Assembly: GCF_006345805.1 (NCBI RefSeq)
Contig: NC_042999.1
Location: 145,452,001 to 145,516,000 of the forward strand
DNA length: 64,000 bases
Origin: Octopus sinensis
Taxonomy: Eukaryota
Direction: 5' to 3'
Within the stretch, counting starts at the first letter, position 1; each line of letters begins with the position of its first letter. Below are positions 24,550-38,157 of the stretch, one piece after another. Position numbers and translations under genes: made by a program. The notes under the pieces are model-generated. The model ran no database searches, was not told where the DNA came from, and saw nothing but the letters and a program-made list of their open reading frames with translations.

Positions 24550-24772
24550 CTGTGTGTCTTTGTGTTTGTGTTTGTCCCCACTACCATCACTTGACAACCG
24601 GTGTTGGTGTGTTTACGTCCTCGTAATTTTGCGATTCTGCAAAACGATACCGATGCCATAAGTAGTTGGCTTTAAAATAAGTCCTGGGAGCAATTCAGTA
24701 AAAAACCTTCAATTCAGTAAAAAAAACCCAGCATAGTTGCAGTCAAATGACAAACAAGTAAAAGATAAAGAT
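24349..24772 (+). mobile_element. Same SINE family
   Basis: Colinear with 21543-21936. Confidence 0.85.
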
Positions 24773-25295
24773 AAGAAATATTAAAGAAAAAAATGTGTAG
24801 CAACCATAGTAATTACGTCGCAACCATGGTAATTACAAAGTAAAGTTGTTACTCCCTCGAAACTAATCATATAGAACCTAAGTTAACAAAATAATACAAT
24901 TATACTGAGACAGATAGTGAAATAACAAAACGAAGACCTTAAATTAACAAGGAAGGGTGTAATAAAGAAAAAAGAAAATAGATATAAATACTACAGAAAT
25001 ACAAAAAGAAACTTGGGAAATAAAAAATGCCGGAAACAAAAGATCCTTGCTGATTGCAAAGAATCAATTGCATGAAACTGATAACGACTCTTTGAGTAAA
25101 ATAATTAGTTCAACTCCAATCCCACATGATATTACCAAGAACTAGATTGACTGAAAACAGCAATCAATGTAGTACTAACACGAAGAGATGTAGAATAACA
25201 TGAATGCACAGAAAGGTCTTCAAAATAGATCGCTACAGGCAAAAATGCAGAAACTAAATAATTGTGAGATGTAATAACATCACACACACACACAC

Positions 25296-25331
<36 letters not shown>

Positions 25332-25929
25332 ACACACACACGCACGCACGCACGTACGCACGCACGCACACACACACACACACATACACACACACACACA
25401 CACGCGCTCACACATGATAATCAATCGGGAACTACACGAAAGCGATAAAATTCCAAAGTTCTGACTGAACTGGCAAAAATATTTAATGGATGAGACAAAT
25501 ACAAGGGCGTAAAAATCACTCAAACCTTAACCAAATCAGTTATGAAAAACGCAGTTAAAACAATGATTAGAGACAAATAGCACATTGATGTAGTATTCAA
25601 ATATAATTACCCGAAATCAGAGAACACTCGAAGCATGAAATTACAAATTTGTTAGTGTTAAACGTATTCCGTATTTGTTAAACAAAGAAAGCAGTCAAAT
25701 CTCTTAATCAATTTTATTATTAACCAAAATAGAAATCAAGAGAACACGAACTTCAAGAGAAGTAACCGAATTGTGAAGAGTATGGACTAAAAAGCCGTTT
25801 GTATTCGCGAAATGGGATACCATTGAAGTGTCTCTGGAGTAACGTTATTCGAGAAGATGCGCAATTTGGGAATCAGGGAGCCTCACCAGGTGGAACAGCT
25901 GAATTATTACTTCTCTGTATTAAGATGTC

Positions 25930-27840
25930 ATAGCTCCTGTACTACGGAAATGTGATTAAAACGTCTCAAGAAAGAATTGCTTTCTTTGTTAGTGGTATCA
26001 AGCGCAGTACAAAGATCAGTGAGGACAGACAGTCCCCTTGGAAGATGCCCCTCCTGATTTCTACTGTTCCTAAATTTCTTCCGTATGCTGTCAGGTCCGT
26101 CCTCCAATTCACCATATTTTTTCCAAGCATTCGATGCAATACCAAATAGATTCATACATTCCATTATCCAAGAGTGTGGGATCATACCGTACGCCTTACG
26201 ATATCCGATTAATGACATGGATAAGTTACTTTTCCTCCTCTTGCAGTCTCTAAGTACAGTTTTGTTTATCAGGAATTGATCCTTGGTACCTCCGCAATCT
26301 TTCTGTTTATGTGGCAAGACTTTCTGTTCATGTGGCAGGACTCCATTTTTTCCAGATGTTTGTACATTGACTCTGCGAGTATTCCAGTCAAAAATTTCCA
26401 CATCGGCCTGTCATTGTCTACCGAATTGCCTTTCTCGATGTTTTTAAGCACCCTGGTGTTACTTGGTCGGCATTTAACAATGTGTTGAGTTGCGCAGCTA
26501 TTCGTGTATGGCATTCACCAAATCTTTTGATCCAGTACCCTTGAACTCCCTCTGGTCCCGATTTCCTTGCTGATTTTCTTTTCTTCCCTAACTGCAATGA
26601 CTAGTTTTGCCTGTTTTAGACAGAGTACTGTTTGTTTCAGTTCTTGCAACCATTCAGTATCCTTCTTGTGCTCCTTGTCTTTGATCCAGATGTCACTCCA
26701 AAACCTTTGACTTTCATTGTTATCTGGTATCAACTTTTCATCTGTACACTCTCCATTTATTTCTTTATAGAATATCTTCTGATCTAGTGTGAATAACCTA
26801 TTCTGGTGGTAACCCTTCATTCTTTGGTCGTATCATATCATCTTTGATTTCTTTGCAACGAGGTGCCGTTTAAGTTCTTCCATTACCACTTCCAGGCACT
26901 TTCTTTCAATATTATACTTCCTTTTCAGTGCCATGTATTTTTGTTCGCTTTTAAGCTCCTCTTTCACTTATCGGTCTAACACAGAAATTTCCTTCGAGAG
27001 CATATCTAACCTTGACTGTATTCTTTTTTCAACCATGGGTATTTTCTTTTGTCACTCCCATTATATTTCTTTTTCTTTACATCAATACCCACATTTTCAG
27101 CTACAACAATACTTGCTGCCTTGATCAAATTATGTGTTTCTGTGATGTTGTTTGTTCTGATGTATTTCAGAATATCATTGACATTTTTCGTTTCTCGGTT
27201 CAACTTCCACCGGTCAGCCTTTTTTAAGGTTGCAAATAATGTCACTGTCGTTCTCCTGTAGTCTTGCCTTTATTGTATCGTAGATTGCCTTTTATTCATC
27301 TGTTATGACGTCATTAGTTTTATTGTCTTCTTTTAGATCATCTACATGTCTCTCATCAAGTAAAATACCACTGTTCCTTTCCTGTACTATGACATTGCTC
27401 TTATTAGTAAGAAATGTATTTTCATTATTATATCTGCTGCTATTTGATGGCTTTGAGCTCTACTTCTGTGAACCAACAATGTTTTCTTATTGCTCTAGCT
27501 TGATGACATAGTCTCTGTTCTGTGAGATGAAACAATCTATTTTCCATCCAATGATCATACATATGTTGTCGGTAACCCCCTAATTTGAGCACTATCCTCA
27601 TGTTTGCTCAGGTAGAAACACTCCATGGCCACAGCATTAATTTGCATGCTCCATCTACGCTGTGTGTAGTCGGCCCTTTCTGAATATCGACAGGCTGGAG
27701 TCGGACCAGAATCTCTGAGCCTTCCGGGTGCAACGCTCTCACCAACAATGGATCCAGTTTCATTACCACCGTTATTCACAATATTTTTTTAATTCATTGT
27801 CACTCATATGAGGTAGCGATTATCAGATCGCGCAATTACC
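25930..27840 (-). mobile_element. Old R4/Dong-type LINE, 5' part (N-terminus and start of RT), decayed
   Basis: QRRWSMQINAVAMECFYLS; [25 protein letters not shown]...YRKAYGMIPHSWI; GHLPRGLS (frameshifted GIFQGDSLS). Confidence 0.8.
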
Positions 27841-27953
27841 AATGTTTTTATTGTGACACCACCACTAATTGTCATTATCATTATTATTGAGTGAGAGTGC
27901 AGTGCATGCCGTCAAAGTGACACTGGGGTAAAATAGTATTATTATTATTATTA

Positions 27954-29255
27954 CTTTTTTTTTCTTCTTTCAAATTTGCTTCCATTTCTTGCCGAGTGTC
28001 TTCCCGACTCCTAGGACAAAGAAACTCATAATATACATTGGTAGGCCATTAAACCAAACTCAATAGTTCGTTCATTTTTCTTTTTTTTTTAAGTTAAATT
28101 AAAATACATGAGCAGCAACAGTTCTCACATCGACAATGCTCTTCTCAATACGTGTGATGTACCAGTTAAGACAATCTTTTGCACTTCTTGCAGGGATGGT
28201 AAGCCAGGGATCATCCTCATATAATTTTCGGTTCCCTTCTTGATCATTCCTAGTGCTCCTACGATCACTGGTATTGTAACCGCCTTGAGATGCCACATTT
28301 TCTCAATTTCAATGAGTAGGTCTTTATATTTTCTGAGCTTGTCAAACTCTTTCGCTGAGATATTATGATCACAGGGGATGCTCATGTCGATCAATAAGCA
28401 AACTTTATTGTTTTGGTCTTTCACAACAATATCTGGTTTATTGGCCTTGATGGTTCGGTCTGTATGTACTGGAAAGTCCCACAGAATGGTTACATTTTCT
28501 CCTTCAGTTACAGCCTCAGGCTGGTGATTATACCACTTGTCGGCAGTTTTGATATTGTAATGCCGACTTATTAGCCAGTGGAGATATTGGCCAACTCTGT
28601 CATGTCTTAATTTATACTCCACTGGTGCTAAGACTTTACATCCAGAGATTAGGTGGTCCACTGTTTCAATCATGTCGTTGCAGAATCGGCATTTTGGGTC
28701 TGCTCCATTTTTCATCACATTGGACTGGTAGTTCCGAGTTAATAGGCTTTGATCTTGAGCAGCCAGGATGAAACCTTCGCTCTCTGCTTTTAGCCCTGAG
28801 CTCCGTAGCCACTGATGGGTTTGCTTCTGGTCAACATCAGCTTGTTTGCTGCGGGTCACATATTTGCCGTGCAGAGGTTTCTCCTCCCACCTATCAGTCA
28901 ATTGCTCGTGCGCTTTTTTCATTGCCATCATTTTCACCTTCTTTGCAACAATAGTTGCCGTACTTCCCTCGGGTTGTTCAGTTTGGGTATCCTGCACGAG
29001 ATCAATAGCAAATTTTTTGCTTTCCTTTATGATAGAATGAAGCTTCTTTCGTCTCTCGTGATTTTCCATGAGCTTTAGCATCCAGTCATTCGATATTTCG
29101 AGATATTTGGCCAGTCCAATTGTGGTTGTTTTGAAAGCTAGTTCAAATTGGATCAGGCCTCGACTTCCTTGGGCTCTGGGAAGGTAAAGGCGATCTACGT
29201 CTGCCTTTGGGTGGTGCATCCTATTACAACTCAGCAGCTTGCGTATTTTCCTATC
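27954..29255 (-). mobile_element. Young 5'-truncated R4/Dong-type LINE flanked by (TAA)n
   Basis: Open C-terminal ORF plus ~170 nt 3' UTR; (ATT)n at 27937-27953 and 29256-29335. Confidence 0.9.
28125..29219 (-). CDS. R4/Dong ORF C-terminus: CCHC zinc finger and restriction-like endonuclease, partial
   Basis: 364 aa open frame with HPKADVDRLY, CRFC..ETVDHLISGC, RHD, NKPDIV...IDMSIP, KLRKY, IPVIVGALG. Confidence 0.88.
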   Translation of the reverse strand: MHHPKADVDRLYLPRAQGSRGLIQFELAFKTTTIGLAKYLEISNDWMLKLMENHERRKKLHSIIKESKKFAIDLVQDTQTEQPEGSTATIVAKKVKMMAMKKAHEQLTDRWEEKPLHGKYVTRSKQADVDQKQTHQWLRSSGLKAESEGFILAAQDQSLLTRNYQSNVMKNGADPKCRFCNDMIETVDHLISGCKVLAPVEYKLRHDRVGQYLHWLISRHYNIKTADKWYNHQPEAVTEGENVTILWDFPVHTDRTIKANKPDIVVKDQNNKVCLLIDMSIPCDHNISAKEFDKLRKYKDLLIEIEKMWHLKAVTIPVIVGALGMIKKGTENYMRMIPGLPSLQEVQKIVLTGTSHVLRRALSM

Positions 29256-29335
<80 letters not shown>

Positions 29336-31763
29336 GTTGTTGTTGTTGTAAACTGGGGTGAGCAGTAGTAATGAACGATTTGCATTATGTCTCTTAAGTT
29401 TAACATGAAGAGCATTAGCCCAGAAGCGATACAGTGAATATTCAAAATTACCGATATTTTATATAGCTGCCTTAGATTTAGTAAAAGTGAAGCAAAATCT
29501 ATGACTGAACTTTTAAAGTAGTTGTAACAGTAGAATATTCGTTAGATGAAACTAAATAAAGAAAAAAAAGCTTCTGGTATTAATAATTATTCTGTCACAT
29601 TTCCCCTTTAGGTATAATATTCAATTATGTCTTCATTACTCTTGCTTTGTTTTTCCAGATCTGATCATACCGTAGGTTTCCTTTGAAATCCTCAACATCA
29701 AAAGAATTCAATTAAGTCTTAACAATGTATTACATGATAACCATGTATACAAGCAAAGCATAATGCTATCACCAAAGTTTTATTTAACTCTATTGTTGTT
29801 ACATTGTCTGTTCTGCAACGTCTTTTGTTACTAATTTACTGAGAAAGCCAAGCCTTGATATATAACCTTCGCTTTATTGTGAAATTGCTAACGCAGTTTG
29901 ATTTCTAGATTTCACAAAATATTTTTGAAATAGTGTCGATAGTGTTGTAATAGGTAATTAAAGAAGAGCTGAATCTAAATGAAGAAATTGACCAATTAGA
30001 AATCAGTTATCTGAGTTCTATCCTATAAAATTAACCAACAGTAGACGATTAACCATAATGGCTGCTGAAGAGTGTCGTTCTCAATTACATAAGTAGAAGA
30101 ATATTAGCTTAATATAAGCGCCAACTCAATTGCTAGTTTTCAAATTTTATTGATTTCTTTTTCTCTTTGTGAGAAGTTTCTAGACAACATATTTATATCT
30201 TTTGATTTGTCCCAAGGCTCATCTTTCTCAGTGAATTAAATAATCGATTAAATCAAACCCATTTCACCCCACGTACATCTTTATGCCCACCGGAAAATAA
30301 GAAAATGCTAAGTAAAAGACTAATCCGGAGGCGTTAAGCTAAGAACTTGAAAAGTCGCAATTATATATTCTAAGACATTGACATTTTATTTGGTGCTCTT
30401 TTACTTCGGTTAACACAGCAACACCTTATCAAATGTCATCTACACCTTTAAATTAATCTATTCTATTAAACCAATAACAATCTTTGAAAGCCATTTTAAA
30501 GATTACGAATCCGAACCAATAAATATATATAAGAAATGGTTAACATAATATTTTTTCGGCTAATTAACTTCATGTCTAATGTGTGAATTTACCACATTTA
30601 TACTTATGTTATTCTTCGATAGATTCAATATGCTGTCATCGTCTTATGACTCACTACACCATAATATGTAAGTTGTTCCTGACTGGATTCATAACTATTA
30701 ATCTTTATGTCTAAAATAAGCTCTTTACCTATTAAATAAGTTTTTATCAACTAAACCGCTGAGCCAAGAAAATGTATATATTCAAGAATATGATTCATGT
30801 TTTCAATCGAGACCGAATTTATTGTAGAGTAGTGGAAATGTAAAAAAAAGTTTAAGATAGTTGATGTATCCCCGCTTTGGGTGGGCATGGAATATATTAA
30901 TTCTTTTTACTTAAACTAAATGGCATAACTTACTGTTATATTTTATGTAACACTTGCATATATTTTATGCATGTTATTATATATGCAGATATGCACACAC
31001 ATAAACATACACCACTGCTCTACAAGAAGTTACCTGTAAGCGAGTATTTTTGGTAAAATTCTCTATTTCATTTTGTAAAATTCTTTTTTTTCTCCGAGTC
31101 AAGTTTTAAACAAATGATTACATGTTCTCTATTGAAAAATAATTGTAACACCAACAACAACACGAATAACAACAACAGCAGTAACAGCAACAACAGCAAT
31201 AGTAATCGCATAATTTTATCCTCCACTGCGTCCTGGTTCGAAAAACATTCATTTTTACAAAAATACTTGAAGAAGCTGGACAAATGAAATTTAACTTTCT
31301 CATAAAAGGATATGCGACAGAGTGTTGATAATCTAGACCTTCCTCTTCCTTAGTATCTGTTTCATTTTCTAATCTAGATATGTGTCTTATGTTTATTTAT
31401 TTAGTATTTAATTTCTATCAGGTTATTTATTAGTATACATGCATTTCCCAAAGAGCGTTAGGTGTTATTAATACTGATTGATACCGCTGAAAGTAGCGGC
31501 CCTGCAATAAGATGTCGAAATCACGTTATTTATTTAGTAGCTGTCGGAAGATCTTCAGTTTAGTTAATTATAGTTCCTTCTCCAAGTAATCCGGCTGGAT
31601 TTGTTTTACTTACCTAGGCCAGTGCAGGTTATTATCTATACTTCCTTTTTCCTTTGTGGAGTATGTTTTGTGGATTAGTGACGAACATTTTATATAGTTC
31701 TCAAGATCCTACCGATATGGGTGCACATTTGTGCCTGTTTGTGCGCGCGCAGACACACACTCA

Positions 31764-31810
<47 letters not shown>

Positions 31811-31814
<4 letters not shown>

Positions 31815-32215
31815 CTCTTTTACTCTTTTACTCTTTTACTTGTTTCAGTCATTTGACTGCGGCCATGCTGGAGCACCGCCTTTAATCGAGCAACTCGACC
31901 CCGGGACTTATTCTTTTGTAAACCCAGTACTTATTCTATCGGTCTCTTTTGCCGAACCGCTAAGTGACGGGGACGTAAACACACCACCATCGGTTGTCAA
32001 GCAATGCTAGGGGGACAAACACAGACACACACACTTATATATATATATATACATATATACGACAGGCTTCTTTCAGTTTCCGTCTACCAAATCCACTCAC
32101 AAGGCATTAGTCGGCCCGGGGCTATAGCAGAAGACACTTGCCCAAGATGCCACGCAGTGGGACTGAACCCGGAACCATGTGGTTGGTTAGCAAGCTACTT
32201 ACCACACAGCCACTC
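31811..32215 (-). mobile_element. Cephalopod-type tRNA SINE
   Basis: Reverse complement of the family at 21543. Confidence 0.85.
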
Positions 32216-32217
32216 CT

Positions 32218-32422
32218 GAAGGTGTTTGTAAGCCATTTAAGAAACACACAAAAGCCGTTCGATTCACTTCAACATTTAAGGAATATCAGATGCAGCACGG
32301 ATTTTTGTCAGTGAACAGGCCGCGGTCTTATAGCGACGAAAATATTTTGACAAATTAAACTTAAATGTTGAAGTGAATCGAACGGGTTTTGTGTGTTTCT
32401 TAAATGGCTTACAAACACCTTC
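32218..32422. repeat. 63 bp near-perfect inverted repeat with 79 nt spacer
   Basis: 32218-32280 is the reverse complement of 32360-32422 with one mismatch. Confidence 0.95.
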
Positions 32423-32667
32423 CACGCTGAAATTGTTTTCGTTCCAGCACACGATCTCAGATCAAATCACTTGCTATACAAGTACATCTCCGTAATATAT
32501 ATATATATATATTATATATATATTATATATAATATATATATATATCACAATCAAGGAACGGCCATAATAGGCCATTCACCCACTAGAAATAACAGCCAAA
32601 AAGCTTCAACCGCAAAATAACATTAATTCTGTAAACCAGGAGAAATTAAAAAAACATTTACCCTGAA

Positions 32668-32774
32668 ATTCCTTATACGATGCACCGTTTCGTCTACTGT
32701 TTAATGGTAAACTAACCTGATTAAATTAAATCAAGCCAATCTACCATAGGCCCTTAGATTCATCAGTAAGGAAT
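32668..32774 (-). ncRNA. Type I hammerhead ribozyme, canonical core, long stem II
   Basis: Minus strand: ATTCCTTA-CTGATGA-ATCTA..ATGGTA..TGATT..AATCA..TACCAT..TAGAC-GAAA-CGG-TGCA-TCG-TA-TAAGGAAT; perfect 8 bp stem I. Confidence 0.8.
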
Positions 32775-32944
32775 AGCCAATCGGAACAGATATTTTTCAC
32801 GAGGCATTCACGTCCATGCCTCGCCAATATCTGACCTAAAATTTTCAAATCGTCGCACTCGCGCCAAATTTATCGGCAGCAAATAAATATAAGCCGTCGA
32901 ATATATATATATATTTGTGTGTGTGTGTGTGTGAGTGTGTGGCA

Positions 32945-33150
32945 GATAAAGTGGTCAGCTGACAGAATCGTTAGCACGCCAGGCAGAATGCTTAGCAGCA
33001 TTTCGTCCTTCTTTACGTTCTGAGTTCAAGTTCCGCCGAGGTTGACTTTACTTTTCATCCTACTGAAATCGATAAAATAAGTACCAGCTGAACAGTGGGG
33101 TTGGTTTAATCGATTTAAAGCCTGTCTCGAACTTGCTGGCCAAAATTTGA
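32945..33150 (+). mobile_element. Second SINE family (GGCAGAA..TTAGCACGCC head)
   Basis: Similar to 46764-47337 and, in reverse, 62330-62530. Confidence 0.75.
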
Positions 33151-33213
33151 AACTATGTATATATGAAGGAAATATTCTTGTTTTATCAAGAACATATTCG
33201 TTATTGTGTTAAA

Positions 33214-33264
<51 letters not shown>

Positions 33265-33666
33265 TGCAAAACGAGAGAAAGCAAAATGTGGGGATTTTTT
33301 TAGCACTACTAAGCGTCTTCTATACAGAGAATCTCTAGATCTCATCTGTGGAGTATGTATGTATGTATGTATGTATGTATGTATGTATGTATGTATGTAT
33401 GTATGCATGCATGTATTATAACATACGAACGCCTGTGTTTGTAATTAATTTTGCTTGGTAGTTCAAGTTTTGCCTATTGGCTTATTCATCCTGTTGCAAT
33501 ATAGTTTTATTTTGAAAAGTTTCTCATAGTGAAAATGCATGTTTATTTATTTGGTTATTTTACATTTCAGTCAGTAAAACAGAATATTCAGAATAATGAT
33601 TTGAAAAAGATATCTAAAATCAAAGTTTCTTGAAATATTTCTAACTATTTTATTTATAACTGTGGA

Positions 33667-34050
33667 TCAGGCATAGCTGTGTGGTTAAGAAGCTCGCTTC
33701 GCGACCGTGTGGTTTCGGGATCAATCTCACTGCATGGCACCTCGGATATGTTCTTCTACTATAGTTCAGAACCGATCAATACCTTGCGAATGAATTTACT
33801 AGACGGAAACTGTGAGGCATCCTGTCGTATGTGTGTATGAGTGTGAGTGTGTATGTGTGTGTCTTTGTACTTGTTTGTTCATTGCTGTTGCTTTGTTTAG
33901 ATCACCGTAAATCAACGGTTCAGTAAGAGACCACAAAATAAACATCAGACTTTAAAATAAGTACCGGGGTCGATTTTTGTTTTGACTAAGCCCTCCAAGG
34001 TGGTGCACCAGCATGGCTGAGGTCCAATGAGTGAAACAAGTACAAGATAA
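33667..34050 (+). mobile_element. Cephalopod-type tRNA SINE, older copy
   Basis: Colinear with 21543-21936 but more diverged. Confidence 0.75.
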
Positions 34051-36175
34051 CGATGTTCTGTAATTACGTCCTGTATTTATTATGCGTTTGCATTATATTT
34101 TCTAATATATTTTCTCGTGTGTTTGGGTTTGTGTGCTATTGTGAGTGTGTTTTCGTATGTCGGCGAGGATACTTCGGTGCGCGCAAGTGTGCAACCTACA
34201 GAATTATATCTAAACTTATTATATCTCAGAACTTGTAATTTTAGCATTTACTTGAAAATGTTTTATATGAAATTGAATCATTTGACTATATCTTATATAT
34301 TACATTAAAGGAAATTGAGTTAAACACTTTTTGAATACATTATTTAAAACACTTTTTGTAATTTACTTCTACACCTCAAAATATTAAAACTACGTACGAA
34401 TAAATAAATTTATGAACAAAATTTCCACTCACAAACCGACATACACAAAGGCTTTCATCTACATACACATATGCATACAAAAAATGTCTTGCACCTGCGC
34501 ACAAAGACACGCTCACGCAAACATGCGCACAAACAGACACAAGAAGATATAAAAATGAGGAATTATATCACATGCACGTACGTAATGCTAAAAGTTAATA
34601 TTACGTATAGCATTTCCGAGTCGACACAGAATTCTGTAAAAATGATTTGCACTGAATAATGTAAATATATAAATAAAAAGAAAGAAGCTATATTATATAC
34701 AAAACCATAGAGGATTGCACGATGTTATCCGAGACTATTTTATGAGTTAATTTAGGGTTGCTCCCAATGTGGCTAAAGATGCAAATCAGAAGCATTTCAC
34801 TTGTGTTCGCACAGTATTAATAAATCTCAACATGAAAACTAGAGTGACATTAGCATGGGTGTAAAGTAGCATATGGGTGAAAGACCGCAGGTGTTGACCT
34901 TATTTAATGCATGTCTCGAAAATGTAGTAAAGGGTAATAAACGGACTGAACACCGAAAGGTATGCATGTGATCAGTATGGTGGGTGCACTCTCATAATTA
35001 TAAAGATGCATCGTTCAAAGTTGCAAAGCCAATTCGTTGATATAGTTGGCTAAATCCAACAATTTTTTACGAATTTCCTTGGTTAACGATTGTAATATTG
35101 ACCTGGAATATCAATGAATTTGCAAGAAATTATTGTTCTGAGATAGGAAAGGAAGGTTTTATGCAAGAACTTGGTATATCTGGTATGGAACAGCAATAAT
35201 CTTGTGCAATAATCTACTCAATACTTAAAATTTGTAACCGTTTGTGGTTTGCGCTCCTAGGGATCTGTGGCAGTATTTCGACTCATGGTACATCACATAA
35301 AGTAGACAGAAAGTTATAAAATGCATTTTGAATGCAATCAAACTAGAGTGTGGTGTGCTGTGGTTGTTGCTTAGTGGAAAGCAATCAACTAATTCAATTG
35401 TTTCTTCCTCACGAAGAAACTCCTGTTTCTTCCTCACGAACAAAATTCTGACTTTATAGTCAGAATTTTGTTCGTGAGGAAGAAACAGGAGTGGTTAATG
35501 CAGGGCAGTGAAGCTAGCAGAGAAGTGAAGAGCGGGAATGACGTGTGGAAGTGGAGAAAATAGGAGATAAGGGAGAAAGAACGAATAAAGAGAATATGTT
35601 GCAATAATGTATTTTTATCAAGGTTGTTGAAGTTGACTGTTACGAATCCTAGAACTAGGAGGAAGGACACACAAAAATGGAGAAACGGCAGCAAGTATTG
35701 AAGCGCGAATATACTTAAGACAAGAATGTGTTAGAAGTCTTCCCTTAGTGTGTTATTAACTTAAGCTTTCTAGTGGTGCGCGAGTTTCACTTGTTGGCTC
35801 ACGCGTTGTATTCCTTTGCCTTCGCAACAATAATCCACTTGTACGATTTTCTATTCTTTGATCCTTTATGTGCCAGAGGAACTTCGACAGTGAGGAGCTG
35901 TTGCTTTGATCATTATGTCTAAGCTTATAAATGCGCTAAGCTCTGAATGAGTTTTCAGTATGTTTATCTATTTCAACAATGTCCAAAAAAATATCTATGT
36001 ATGAGTTCATCTCGAAGTATTTGTAATTCATCGGGCTGTTGGGAGTGTCTAAGCGATTTCATCCTTGTGGGGTGATTGTTAGTTTTTCACTAACATTTTT
36101 ATTATTGAGTACTTGGGAACCTATAATACTGGAAATATCCGAGCACTTGTCAGTCATGTGAAAGAAGTGTCTGGA

Positions 36176-37035
36176 TATATGTGGAGATATTCGATATTAA
36201 ACAATAGATTCTGGAGCTCGTTAACGCTAATCTGAGATGATTTTCAAAACAGGTTTACGTTGAACTCGCAACCCTTCAATACACTGTTGTAGTATTGAAC
36301 TGTCCTATCGATTTTCTTATCTCCAATGGAGAGGTGGAACACTACACCAACATAAGTGTGTATGTGTGTGAGTGTGTGTGAATGTGTGTATGTGTACGTG
36401 AGTATCCGTGTAAGCACTTATATACACCTGTTGAATAAATACGAACATAGATAATATGAACACAACATTATAAACATACACGGCAAACCATCGAAGTTTG
36501 CTCCTGGTTAACTTATAATCACATGCCAAGCCAACCATATTCCACTAACTCACTTTTCCTCGTTGATTTCCAAAAATTTCCTCGCGATCCTCTTTTGGCA
36601 TTAAAAGTTCAACATGTACAAAAGTATAGTATGATAAAACGAAAATTCAGAAATTACTCATTTCAAAAGATATGTGAATACGCAACTGCGGTATTGCTTT
36701 CAACGGAAGTGTAGTATTTTGCCACATTAATCTTTTGTGTGTGTATATATATATAACACTAGTTAAGGAGGTCTCGCCCCGGTACGGGATGATGTCTGTC
36801 TCTCTATTGTTTCCCTTGACGAAGGAATTATTATTGCGATGCACCCTAGTGCTTTAATACAGTAATGTATCCCTGAAATGGCCGTAGGGAATGTAAATAT
36901 GGTTTCTTCTTTGTTGCTTGGACACTGGTTTTTAACTATAGGTTTCCTTTATTTGAAAAGTAATTTTTAAAAGATTTTCTAAACGATGAACTTTTTTTTT
37001 ACATTATATATTATATATTACTTATTTATATGATT

Positions 37036-37107
<72 letters not shown>

Positions 37108-37396
37108 TTTTATATACCTATATATTTATACATTACTTTATACTATATTTTTACGTATTTATTTTCTAGGTGTTGTAATGTTTTTTAAAAAATATATATT
37201 TCTTAATCGCTAAAGTATTAACATTAACCGTGATGCACTGTATTCACACATTTTTCTCGCACTTTCTTATATGCTTGTACAGATGAGTTATGTTTCATCT
37301 TCCGTGATGTCATAAATGTATATTCTATGATTAAATGTTCGAGATATGAAATGTTATGTGGATGACCTTGCATTTGTTTGTTCTGTAACCTTAGTT

Positions 37397-37433
<37 letters not shown>

Positions 37434-37800
37434 TATAGATATAATTATAATTAAGGTTACTGAAAAGCAGCATCAACGTGTAAGAGATAGAAGTTAGATG
37501 ACTCTAAAACTACATCATTTTACACTCCATTGAAATCGAGAAAATGAATAAAAAATATTTATCAAAACTTATTTTAGAGGTTAAGTTTAGATCGCACGAT
37601 TTTGGTTTAGCAATATAAAAATTACTTTACCTTTGTTCGTAAAATATCCCCAAAGCGTATAAATGCACTCCGATCGTTATATTTACTGCGGTATTCTTTT
37701 GATTAAATATGTACGCGGTTGAGATGAATAATGAGATTTACCACGTATATACGTGTGACTGTATGCATATATTCGAAATATATACTCATGTATTTTTATG

Positions 37801-37841
<41 letters not shown>

Positions 37842-38025
37842 CCATTGATGTGCTTTTGGTATATTCTACTGTAATTTTCATATTACTAAACCAGAAACGT
37901 TTCGATTTAGAATTGAACTCTGAAATGAATTTTGCTAATACCTTTTTTATTCATTTTCTCACATTCAACCTGCGTTAATGGAGTGTAAAATGATATGGTC
38001 TTAGAGCCATTTGACGTTTATATAT

Positions 38026-38067
<42 letters not shown>

Positions 38068-38123
38068 ATGTGTGTGGTGTGTGTGTGTGTGTATACGTAC
38101 ATACACACATACATACATATGTG

Positions 38124-38157
<34 letters not shown>

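Noticed and set aside
27670-27735. HDV-like ribozyme near the R4/Dong 5' end (minus strand)
   Set aside because: P3/L3- and P1-like pieces are visible but there is no P2 partner or P1.1, and the segment reads as coding (VAPGRLRDSGPTP).
29640-29720. Pyrimidine tract plus CAG resembling a splice acceptor (also ~33560)
   Set aside because: No convincing donor or open exon; host exons cannot be supported without transcript data.
34700-35200. Faint RT-like words (LTLFNACLENVV); similar traces at ~23300, ~40250-40600 and PLE-like at ~9600-10100
   Set aside because: Probably ancient LINE debris, but too degraded to delimit without a profile search.
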